From NCBI GenBank assembly GCA_963768855.1, contig CAVYJM010000017.1, forward strand, positions 32,001 to 96,000: DNA of 64,000 nt, in the 5' to 3' direction. The notes beneath the pieces are model-generated. The model saw nothing but the letters and a program-made list of their open reading frames with translations, ran no database searches and had not been told where the DNA came from. The DNA is from an uncultured Thermoplasmata archaeon (lineage in GTDB: Archaea > Thermoplasmatota > Thermoplasmata > RBG-16-68-12). Shown here piece by piece: positions 1 through 8,403 of this stretch. A program made the position numbers and the translations under genes. The first letter of the stretch is position 1. Each line of letters starts with the position of its first letter.

Positions 1-524
1 ACGCCGACGCCCCACAGCAGGTTCCCTGATGGTGCCGCGACGAGCTGGACGAACCCGCCAAGGGCGAGAAGCACGAGGCGGTCCGCGCGGCCGAGGATCC
101 CCGCGTACCGGCGGCCCTGGCCCAGGGCCTGGGCCTGGGTCCCCATGTACGACGTGAGGAGGACCCCGATAATCGCGAGGGTGCCGATCCAAAGGCTGCA
201 GTACGCGGCGTTGAAAGCGAGCCCAGTGAGGAGGAACACGTCTCCGTAGCGATCAAAGACATGGTCGAGGAAGTCCCCGCGAAGGGACGTCTTCCCGAAC
301 ATCTTCGCGACCTTGCCGTCGAGGGCATCCGAGTAGGCGCTAACGAGGATCAGAATCAGGGCAAGGAGCAGGAACCCGGCCCCGCCGACGTAGAACGACA
401 GGCCGGCGAGGCCGGCGGCGCCGAGCCCAATCCACGAGATCGTGTTCGGGTTCACGCGGCCGAGCCGCCGGGCGACGGGGACGAGGAGGCGGTCGGCCGC
501 AGGGCGGAACCGGTCTAGTACCAC
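1..524 (-). CDS. CDP-alcohol phosphatidyltransferase (archaetidylinositol-phosphate synthase-like), runs off window edge
   Basis: Manual minus-strand translation from GTG 524: VLDRFRPAADRLL...SAYSDALDGKVAKMFGKTSLRGDFLDHVFDRYGD, matching the DxxDGxxAR...GxxxDxxxD motif. Confidence 0.9.
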   Translation of the reverse strand, partial: MVLDRFRPAADRLLVPVARRLGRVNPNTISWIGLGAAGLAGLSFYVGGAGFLLLALILILVSAYSDALDGKVAKMFGKTSLRGDFLDHVFDRYGDVFLLTGLAFNAAYCSLWIGTLAIIGVLLTSYMGTQAQALGQGRRYAGILGRADRLVLLALGGFVQLVAAPSGNLLWGVG

Positions 525-1045
525 GAGAGCACCTCCTCGCTCCAGTCCACCGAACCGGGCGCGTGACCCTGCGTGCGGCCCTGGAGGATTCCGAGGACCG
601 CCTCCGCGGTCTGCTCGGGGGTGCTCGAGGTCGTGTCCACCTCGTAGACGAGGGGGAGAGACTCCGTGGCCTCCTGGGTAATCACGTCGATCGCCTCGGC
701 CTCCACGTTCTCCCGGATCTTCTCGGAAGGCCAGCCGCGCGCCTCGAGGCGCGAGCGCAGGACGGAGGGACGGCAGCGGAGGACGACGGCCAGGTTCACG
801 TCCATTCGGTGGCTGTAGTGGGAGTGGAGGAAGGCGATCTTGGCGGGCACCCGCAGGCTCTCCCGCAGGGCGTCCACGTCGACCTCGTCGGTCTGGCGGG
901 CCTCGTCCCGGCCGACGATGAACCCGTCTCTCCGGGCCACCTCGTCCAGGTCGACGACCGCGTAGCCCCGCCGCGCAAGGACATCGCACGCGGAGGTCTT
1001 CCCCGTCCCAGGCGTCCCCGTCACCGCGACGAGCACGAGCGACAC
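515..1045 (-). CDS. Adenylate kinase, archaeal AK6/Fap7 family
   Basis: P-loop GTPGTGKT, HYSH motif, LRCRPSVLRSRLEARGW..EKIRENVEAE. Confidence 0.9.
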   Translation of the reverse strand: MSLVLVAVTGTPGTGKTSACDVLARRGYAVVDLDEVARRDGFIVGRDEARQTDEVDVDALRESLRVPAKIAFLHSHYSHRMDVNLAVVLRCRPSVLRSRLEARGWPSEKIRENVEAEAIDVITQEATESLPLVYEVDTTSSTPEQTAEAVLGILQGRTQGHAPGSVDWSEEVLSWY

Positions 1046-1064
1046 GATGGAATGAAGCGTTAAA

Positions 1065-1574
1065 TCACTTGCGGCCGCCGATGCCGTACCGCCCGCGCTC
1101 GTACAGCTTCCGGAGATACGGGTCCCGCAGTGCGTGACCCGTGAACGTACCGACGATGTTCACGAGGAACCCCACCACGTACAACACAAGGCCGTAGTGG
1201 GCGAGGAAGAACGGGACCTCATCGGGCGAGACGACGTAGAGACCTGTGAGACCCGGGGAAAGACCCATTGCGGTCGAGACCACGAGGGCGATCGGGACGG
1301 ACCCGAAGGACGAGATCATGGCGAGCGGGACGTCGTCCGCGGCGAAGCCGACGAGGACGGAAGTAACCGAGAGAACGAAGAGGATCCAGAGCAGGCTCGC
1401 GTCGCCCGAGGTGGGGACGGTCGACGACGGGAAGACGCCGTAGAACACGACGTAGCCGAGGGAGAGCCCGAGGACTCCGGAGAGCTCGACCGCCTTCCCG
1501 ATGCGGCCGAGGAGGGATCGTGCGTCACGCGCCAAGGTCCAGTCCCTCCTGGAGGCTGACGCGCGCGTTGTCAC
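1065..1574 (-). CDS. Hypothetical 4-TM membrane protein, last gene of the dpp operon (start uncertain, could be TTG 1535)
   Basis: Four hydrophobic segments, coding-like codon bias, overlaps upstream gene. Confidence 0.65.
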   Translation of the reverse strand: MTTRASASRRDWTLARDARSLLGRIGKAVELSGVLGLSLGYVVFYGVFPSSTVPTSGDASLLWILFVLSVTSVLVGFAADDVPLAMISSFGSVPIALVVSTAMGLSPGLTGLYVVSPDEVPFFLAHYGLVLYVVGFLVNIVGTFTGHALRDPYLRKLYERGRYGIGGRK

Positions 1575-2208
1575 GCAGGTAGTCGGCGGCGGAGGAGGAG
1601 GCGGGAGGGGGGACCCCGTCGATGGCCAGGCTGACCAGGACCCACACGTTCCAGGGAATCGCCGACGCCGAGACGCCCCGGGCCACCGAGAAAGCCGTGA
1701 TGTTTTGGACCGCTGCGAAGCGGGCGCTGTCCACAGCCCTGGACAGGGTGCGGGTGAGGGTCAGCGTCCCGTTCCCATTCGCCGGGACGGTCAGAGGACT
1801 TACCGCTGCGGATCCGAACAACGCCATGAAGAACTGCTCCACGACGGACCCGTTCACGAGCGCATTGTCCGTGCGGCCGAGGCCCGGGAGCCTCGCCTCC
1901 ATGGGTCCATCCTCGATCCAAGCCTTGTAGCCCACGAGATCCAAGATGAGGGTCCGGGGGCTCGGGTTGTGGAACGTGAGAGACAGCGTGAAGACGACCG
2001 ATCCGTTCGCCGTGAGGTTGCCGCCCGCGTCGAGGTCGTGGAACTCGAACTGGTGAATCGCTACGAAGCTCGGGAGGGCGTGCGCCTCCCCGACCGCAAT
2101 ATACACTTGCGCGGAGGCCACGACGAGGGCCGCGAGCACGATGGCGATGATCAGGACGAGGACCTGGGGGAGGGTCTCGGCGCGGGCCACCAAGCGGAGA
2201 CGCTTCAT
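1525..2208 (-). CDS. Membrane-anchored hypothetical protein with beta-rich extracellular domain
   Basis: MKRLRLVARAETLPQVLVLIIAIVLAALVVASA N-terminal TM; ATGA overlap with dppF stop at 2205-2208. Confidence 0.7.
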   Translation of the reverse strand: MKRLRLVARAETLPQVLVLIIAIVLAALVVASAQVYIAVGEAHALPSFVAIHQFEFHDLDAGGNLTANGSVVFTLSLTFHNPSPRTLILDLVGYKAWIEDGPMEARLPGLGRTDNALVNGSVVEQFFMALFGSAAVSPLTVPANGNGTLTLTRTLSRAVDSARFAAVQNITAFSVARGVSASAIPWNVWVLVSLAIDGVPPPASSSAADYLRDNARVSLQEGLDLGA

Positions 2209-3368
2209 GGTTTCGCCGACGAAGCAAGCATCGGATCGACCTCGGGGGCCCGAGTCGCCAACGCCGGCTCCGTCAACCGTCCCTCGAAGATATCCGCAGC
2301 AAAGTGACATTCCGCGAAGTGTCCCGGAAACACCTCCACGTTCGGGGGGGCGGTCGTCTTGCAGATCTCTTGCGCGAGGAGGCATCGCGTCCGGAACCGG
2401 CATCCGCTCGGCATGTCGATGGGGCTCGGGAGCTCCCCCTTGATCGTCACGTCCGAGTACACGTGCTCGGGATCCGGGATGGGGACTGCGGAGAGGAGAG
2501 CGCGGGTGTACGGGTGGGTGGGACGGGAGATGATGTCCTCCGTGGAGGCCGTCTCCACGATCCGGCCCAGGTACATGACCGCAATCCGGTCCGACATGTA
2601 GCGGGCCACCGCGATGTCGTGAGTGATAAACACGTAGGGGATCTGGTACTTGGCCCTCAGGTCGAGCATGAGGTTCATCACGCCGGCCCGGATCGACACG
2701 TCGAGCATGGAGACGGGCTCGTCCGCGATGATGATCTTCGGGTTCAGCGCGACCGCGCGGGCGATGGAGACCCGCTGTCGTTGCCCGCCCGAGAGCTCAT
2801 GGGGGAATCGGTCCATGAAATCCTGACCGGGACGGAGGCCCGAGTCCTCCAAGGCACGGATCACGAGCTCCTCGCGCTGCTCCCGGGTCTCCCCGATCGA
2901 GTGGATGAGGAGGGGCTCCGAAACGGCCCGGAACACGTTGAACCGCGGATTCAGGGATTCATAGGGATCCTGGAAAATCATCTGCAATTCTCGCCGGAAC
3001 TGGAACAAGTTGCGCCCATCTAAGGAGGCGATGTCCACGGCGGCGCCCCTCGGTCCGCCCGCCTTGTCTCCCTGGCTTTCGGCCCGAATTAGGATGCGGC
3101 CCTCGGTCGGCACCTCGAGCCGGGAGAGCAGCCGGCCCGTGGTCGTCTTGCCGCATCCGCTCTCGCCCACGAGCCCGAGGATCTCGCCCCTTCTAAGCTG
3201 GAAGTCGAGACCGTCCACCGCGTGGACGAACACCGACTTGCTGTGCAAGGACCGCAGGAATCCCATCCTCAGTTCGAAGTACTTCTTCAGGCCCTCGACT
3301 CGGACGATCACATCAGGGTCGAGCACCATGTCCGCCGAAGCATCCGAGGAGACCGCCTCGGCGCTCAT
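2205..3368 (-). CDS. dppF: Oligopeptide/dipeptide ABC ATPase (DppF/OppF)
   Basis: GESGCGKT, LSGGQRQR, IIADEP, C-terminal CRFRTRC...C...CH; ATG 3368 overlaps dppD stop. Confidence 0.95.
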   Translation of the reverse strand: MSAEAVSSDASADMVLDPDVIVRVEGLKKYFELRMGFLRSLHSKSVFVHAVDGLDFQLRRGEILGLVGESGCGKTTTGRLLSRLEVPTEGRILIRAESQGDKAGGPRGAAVDIASLDGRNLFQFRRELQMIFQDPYESLNPRFNVFRAVSEPLLIHSIGETREQREELVIRALEDSGLRPGQDFMDRFPHELSGGQRQRVSIARAVALNPKIIIADEPVSMLDVSIRAGVMNLMLDLRAKYQIPYVFITHDIAVARYMSDRIAVMYLGRIVETASTEDIISRPTHPYTRALLSAVPIPDPEHVYSDVTIKGELPSPIDMPSGCRFRTRCLLAQEICKTTAPPNVEVFPGHFAECHFAADIFEGRLTEPALATRAPEVDPMLASSAKP

Positions 3369-4711
3369 CGCTGAATCAGCCCCCCTTGCGCATGGAAATC
3401 GGTCGAGAAGTGACAGAGGGCTCGATGCGGGGGCTGACCCAACGTGAAGTACGTCGGCTCCGTGGTCTTGCAGATGTCCTTCGCGTACTTGCAGCGTGGA
3501 TGGAAACGGCATCCTGCGGGGGGCGTCACGAGACTTGGCGGACTCCCTGGGATCGCCTCCAAGCGACGCTTCTCCCCCTTGACGTTCGGGAACGCACCGA
3601 GGAGTCCCTCCGTGTACGGATGCAGGGTATCGTGGAAGATCTCCTTGGAGGAGCTCTCCTCGATGAGCTGGCCTGCATACATGACGCAGATTCGATCCGC
3701 GACCTTGGCGACCGTGGACACGTCGTGAGAGATGATGATGAGGGTCATCTTGAGCTGCTTCTGGATGCGGAGGACCTCGTCCATGATTTTGGCAGCTGTG
3801 ATGACGTCGAGGGCTGTCGTCGGCTCGTCCATGATCACGAGCTTCGGATTGAGGGCGAGCGCCATCGCGATCATCGCCCGCTGTTTCATGCCGCCGCTGT
3901 ACTCGTGTGGATAGTTGTCGATCCGATCCTCCGGGATCCCGACCAGACGGAACAGCTCTTCAACTCGCCGGCGAGCCTGGTTGTCCTTTATGTCATCGTG
4001 GGCTTGGATCGCTTCGACGATCTGGTGTCCCACGGTGTAGACGGGGTTGAGCGCATTCATCGCCCCCTGGAAGACCAGGGAGATCTGCTTCCACCGGATT
4101 GCGTTCAACTTCGGATTGTATTCCTTGAGACTCCCGTCCTCCCGACGGGTGATTTGAATCATGTCGCCTTCCTGGCTCGCCGCCGACAGGCGTGCCTTGG
4201 CCTCCGACAAGGGTCGCGCCGCGCTGCGGCTCCCGCCTTCTACCTGCTGCTCGAGGGTTTCAACCTGCTTCTGCAAGGCCTCAATCTCTGCGTGCAGATA
4301 GTGCTGATACGTCTTCGACAAGGGGTAGTCGGGATCGCCATGGGACTCGGATCCTCCTCCAAGCCTCCGGAGGAATCCGCCGTTCTCCGGTTCAAGCACA
4401 TCCTGACCCGCCGGGCGATGCGCCCCCAGATCGGCGGCCATCCGCGATTCCGCGAGCCGCCAATATTCGGGACGGTAACGTTCGACGGCGGGCTTCGAAT
4501 CGAAGAGGATCTGGCCCCCGAGGACATGCGCGTTCGAGGGGAGGAGCTGGGTGATGGCGTAGGCGAGCGTCGTCTTCCCGCAGCCGCTCTCCCCCACGAG
4601 GCCAATCGTCTCGCCTTCCGCCATGTCGAGGTTGACGCCATCCACGGCGCGTACCCAACCCTGCCGGACCTTGAAGTAGACTTTCAGGTTCCGGATGGAG
4701 AGGAGGGGCAC
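3365..4711 (-). CDS. dppD: Oligopeptide/dipeptide ABC ATPase (DppD/OppD) with ~110-aa insertion
   Basis: GESGCGKT, YSGGMKQR, VIMDEPTTALD, CRFHPRC. Confidence 0.95.
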   Translation of the reverse strand: MPLLSIRNLKVYFKVRQGWVRAVDGVNLDMAEGETIGLVGESGCGKTTLAYAITQLLPSNAHVLGGQILFDSKPAVERYRPEYWRLAESRMAADLGAHRPAGQDVLEPENGGFLRRLGGGSESHGDPDYPLSKTYQHYLHAEIEALQKQVETLEQQVEGGSRSAARPLSEAKARLSAASQEGDMIQITRREDGSLKEYNPKLNAIRWKQISLVFQGAMNALNPVYTVGHQIVEAIQAHDDIKDNQARRRVEELFRLVGIPEDRIDNYPHEYSGGMKQRAMIAMALALNPKLVIMDEPTTALDVITAAKIMDEVLRIQKQLKMTLIIISHDVSTVAKVADRICVMYAGQLIEESSSKEIFHDTLHPYTEGLLGAFPNVKGEKRRLEAIPGSPPSLVTPPAGCRFHPRCKYAKDICKTTEPTYFTLGQPPHRALCHFSTDFHAQGGLIQR

Positions 4712-4712
4712 C

Positions 4713-7073
4713 TTATCGCCTCCGGAGACGTGGATTGATGACCTCGTCGAATCCTCGGCCGAGGAGGTAGAATCCCAGCGAGAGGAGGGTGATTGCGAGA
4801 CCGGGCGGAACCAACCACCACCAGTAGTACAGCCCGCCCCCGAGTGTCAGCACGGTGGAGAGCATGCCACCCCAGGAGGTCACGTTTGGATCGCCGAGTC
4901 CGAGGTAGCTCAGCGCGGCCTCCGTGACGATCGCGGCCGCGACCCCGAGGCTCATGTAGAGGAAGCTGAACGGCAGCACGTTCGGTGCGATGTGGGTGAA
5001 GATGAGCCGTGAATCGGAGGCTCCCGCGACTCGGGCCGAATCGACGAAGGGACGTTCCTTCAGGGTCAGGACCTGAGCACGGATGACCCGCGCGATGCCC
5101 GGCCAACTGAGGATCGCGAGCACGAAGATGATCACCCAGATGCTCGGGGTGACGATCGAGATGAGGATCAGGACGATCGGGAGGAACGGGAGGACGAGGA
5201 AGATATCCGTCGTCCGCATGAGCAGGGTGTCCGTAATCCCGCCGTAGAACCCGGAGATCAGGCCGACGAGCGTGCCGATGCCGACCCCGAACAGGGCCGC
5301 GAGGATCCCGACGATGAAGGCGACCTGGGTCCCATAGAAGAGCTGGGTCAGGATGTCATGGCCGTTGAAGTCCGTGCCAAGCCAGTACGTGTTCCCCGAC
5401 GGGTACGTGCCGGGCGGCAGCGGGGTTCGGATCGTCCCGAGGAGCTGGAACACGACCGTCTGGGCATGCGCAGAGTCGGTCCAGATTCCGTTCATCTCCT
5501 GCTGGGAGAGGCTCGCACCGTAGAGCGTGCCGCCGAAGGTGCCCGCATAGTACACCGACGTCACGGAGGGCGGGGGGACGACCGAGAATTGGGCGGGGAC
5601 CGCGCGGGACCCCGTCGCGAAGACCGTGTCGAGGGAGATGATGAACCCCGCCTCGTTCATCGCGAAGACCTTCGAGATCTCGGCGACCTCGAAGTAGGCC
5701 CGCAGCTTCCCCGGGATGTAGACGTTGAACTGCGAGATGAACCCCCACGTCTCGTTCACGCCGACCATGTGGGTCGTCTGGTTCACCGGGTTGTAGAATC
5801 CCACGTAAAGGGCCGCGCCGCGGTAGCTGGTCGGGGCCTCGAGGAGCACGAGGGATGTGTCCGGGAGGCTGAACTCACGGAGAACGTTGAGGCCCGACAA
5901 GCCGAGGTCCGCCACTCCAGTCGCCGTGGCGGAGTGGAGCGGGAGATACACCTGGGGCGGCAACTCGGGGACGCGGAGGTATCCGATCGGGCCGGCCACG
6001 TTTGCAGGCGATCCGTCGAGCGTCAGAGGGATCCACGCACGACGCACGCCAGTCACGTTGAACACCTCCAGAGTGTTGTTGGTCAGGGGAAGGAGGATGG
6101 CCTGACCGGCTCCCGAGCGGTACGCGTCTCCGATGTCGATCCAGGCCTGGTTGTAGTAGATGAACGGGGGTGCAGAGAGGGATTCGTTGCTGAAGAGCAC
6201 GGGGCGACCCGTCGGAACGACCCGGCCGAAAGGCCCGCCGAGGTCGCCCGTGTGCACGTAGTCGATCTCGAACACGACGGTGTGATTGCCGTCGGACGCG
6301 TAGAAGAACCGATGCGGCCCTGCCGGGACCTGGATGACCCCTACGGCCAGGCTCCGTTGCGCCGGCGCGATGAGCATGTCACCGGCCGAAGCCGGATCTT
6401 CCCCGGTCCATACGGGGTCGAAGGCGAGGCGGTATTGGAAGATCAGGGTCTTTGAGAAAGGATCCCCCACGATGAAATCTCTCCCGGTGAAGTAGGCGAG
6501 TGCCCCGTTCAACCTTCCATCCCCGGTCTGGCCGCCCCCCGTCGGCGTCGTGATGTTCGAAGCGGGGACGATGTAGTACACCGAGCTCAGGGGGAGCTGG
6601 GGGAGCGGGGTCACGTTGAACGCCTGGGTCACATCCAGACTGAGCGACAGGTTCCCTTCCTGGTACGGGCTCACGTTGAACGTGAGCGGCGGGTACTTCA
6701 GGTAGTCCATGTACAGGAGTCCCCGGCTCGTGTTGTAGTTCAACTCCCACATCCCACCTCCCGTCGCATCGGAAAGGGGCGTGGTGGGGCCCATGACCGG
6801 GGACGCATAGGTCAGATTCTTTGGCAGCTGGTGGACGAACGTGTTGACGACGAACCGGTCCGCCTGGGGGGCCTCGAACAGACGGGGATACGGCGAGATG
6901 ATCGGTGCGAGGACTGCGATGAGGGTGAAGAAGATGACGATGCAGAAGCCGAAGAGCCCGAGCCGGCTCTGGCGAAGGTTCGACCAAGAGCTCCGGAGGA
7001 GGCGTCGAATCCCACGACTCAGCCTCTGGCCGGACGTCCCCGGTGGGGGCGCCGGTGGTCTAGATTCGGACAC
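4713..7073 (-). CDS. dppC: Peptide ABC permease (DppC/OppC) with ~500-aa extracytoplasmic insertion
   Basis: TM1, then long insert, then LGTDFNGHDILTQLFYG and EAA-loop region PFVDSARVAGASDSRLIFTHIAPN. Confidence 0.9.
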   Translation of the reverse strand: MSESRPPAPPPGTSGQRLSRGIRRLLRSSWSNLRQSRLGLFGFCIVIFFTLIAVLAPIISPYPRLFEAPQADRFVVNTFVHQLPKNLTYASPVMGPTTPLSDATGGGMWELNYNTSRGLLYMDYLKYPPLTFNVSPYQEGNLSLSLDVTQAFNVTPLPQLPLSSVYYIVPASNITTPTGGGQTGDGRLNGALAYFTGRDFIVGDPFSKTLIFQYRLAFDPVWTGEDPASAGDMLIAPAQRSLAVGVIQVPAGPHRFFYASDGNHTVVFEIDYVHTGDLGGPFGRVVPTGRPVLFSNESLSAPPFIYYNQAWIDIGDAYRSGAGQAILLPLTNNTLEVFNVTGVRRAWIPLTLDGSPANVAGPIGYLRVPELPPQVYLPLHSATATGVADLGLSGLNVLREFSLPDTSLVLLEAPTSYRGAALYVGFYNPVNQTTHMVGVNETWGFISQFNVYIPGKLRAYFEVAEISKVFAMNEAGFIISLDTVFATGSRAVPAQFSVVPPPSVTSVYYAGTFGGTLYGASLSQQEMNGIWTDSAHAQTVVFQLLGTIRTPLPPGTYPSGNTYWLGTDFNGHDILTQLFYGTQVAFIVGILAALFGVGIGTLVGLISGFYGGITDTLLMRTTDIFLVLPFLPIVLILISIVTPSIWVIIFVLAILSWPGIARVIRAQVLTLKERPFVDSARVAGASDSRLIFTHIAPNVLPFSFLYMSLGVAAAIVTEAALSYLGLGDPNVTSWGGMLSTVLTLGGGLYYWWWLVPPGLAITLLSLGFYLLGRGFDEVINPRLRRR

Positions 7074-8280
7074 GTGGATCGAGCACCCCGTAGAGGATGT
7101 CCGCGATGATGTTGCCGAAGATGACCAGGACCGAAATCAGGAAGAGAATCGAACCCGCGAGGAACCTGTCTTGGCTGTTGATCGCTAACAAGAGATACGA
7201 GCCCAACCCGAAGTACGAGAAGATGTACTCCAGGATGATCGCACCGCCGACCACGAATCCCAGGCTGATTGCCAAGGACGTGACGACCGGGAGGTACGCG
7301 TTGCGCGCGGCATGGCGCTTCCGGACGATGCGTTCGGAGAGACCCTTGGCCCTCGCGGTCAGGATGAAATCCTCGCCCATGATCTCCAGCATGGAGGTCT
7401 GCATGAGGAGGATGGTCCCCGCGGCGCTGATGGCGACAAGGGCCAGCATGGGCAGGAATCCGTGGATGACGATGTCCGCCACATCGAAGAGGTTGAACTC
7501 CCACACGTGCCAGCCCACGAGGATGCCGCCGATCGCGGCCACGACGCCGCCAGGGAGGAAGCGCCTGACGTTGCCTTGCCCCATCCCGCCTGCCGCGTCC
7601 GGACCCTCGGGCCCGTAACTCGGCCGGCTCCTCCACGCCCAGAAGAGCAAGACGATCCCCACGAGGATGGCGATGGCGCCGAGGAACGTCTGCAATTGAA
7701 TTCCCTGGAGCGGGATGAGTGCGGGGTAGTGTGCCGAGAGCTGCCAGGGGTCGCTCGGGACCGACTGGAACCCCCGTAACGGGAACCACGAGAGGGCGTA
7801 GGCGAAGGCGAAGAGGAGGATGAGCCCGATCCAGAAGGAGGGCATGTTGTAGAAGAACAGGCTCGTGAGGATAACGGCGCCCTCGACGCCCCGACCGCGC
7901 TTCCAGGCGATGTAGCGGCCGACCAAGACACCCAAACCGTATTCGACAATCACGGCGCCGCCGAAGAGGAAGAGTGTGCGGGGGAGGGCTTGCTGAAGGA
8001 TCGAGACAACGGGTTCCCCCGTGCTCGACGACAGCCCGAACTGGAACGTGAACATGTTCACGACGTACTTGTACATCTGGACCCACGGCGGGTCGTTGAG
8101 CCCGTAGTCGTTGGCGACCTTGTCGATGAGCTGAGGCGGGATGGACGGATTCTGACGGAGGCCCGTCAAGGGGCTTCCGGGCATCGCCTTGAACAACAGG
8201 AAGATGATCACGGTGACGATGAAGATGGTGATGACTCCCTGCACCAGGCGACGGACGATATACATCCCCAGGGACGCCAC
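7060..8280 (-). CDS. dppB: Peptide ABC permease (DppB/OppB) with extra TM hairpin
   Basis: YIVRRL...AMPGSP, FGLS, MPSFWIGL, DFILTARAKGLSE..HAARNA. Confidence 0.92.
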   Translation of the reverse strand: MASLGMYIVRRLVQGVITIFIVTVIIFLLFKAMPGSPLTGLRQNPSIPPQLIDKVANDYGLNDPPWVQMYKYVVNMFTFQFGLSSSTGEPVVSILQQALPRTLFLFGGAVIVEYGLGVLVGRYIAWKRGRGVEGAVILTSLFFYNMPSFWIGLILLFAFAYALSWFPLRGFQSVPSDPWQLSAHYPALIPLQGIQLQTFLGAIAILVGIVLLFWAWRSRPSYGPEGPDAAGGMGQGNVRRFLPGGVVAAIGGILVGWHVWEFNLFDVADIVIHGFLPMLALVAISAAGTILLMQTSMLEIMGEDFILTARAKGLSERIVRKRHAARNAYLPVVTSLAISLGFVVGGAIILEYIFSYFGLGSYLLLAINSQDRFLAGSILFLISVLVIFGNIIADILYGVLDPRVRI

Positions 8281-8356
8281 TCTACGTCACCCCCTCTCCG
8301 TCGCTAAACAGCGATGCCACCTATAAGTACGTTTTCCACGGCACACTCGAACGACC

Positions 8357-8396
8357 GAAATATGAAAGGGGGACCGGGGCGCGAGGGCCCCGGTCC
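8357..8396 (-). terminator. Intrinsic-type terminator/attenuator after the SBP gene
   Basis: 10-bp perfect stem GGACCGGGGC/GCCCCGGTCC (8371-8396) followed on the minus strand by CCCTTTCATATTT. Confidence 0.6.
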
Positions 8397-8403
8397 GTTG
8401 CGC

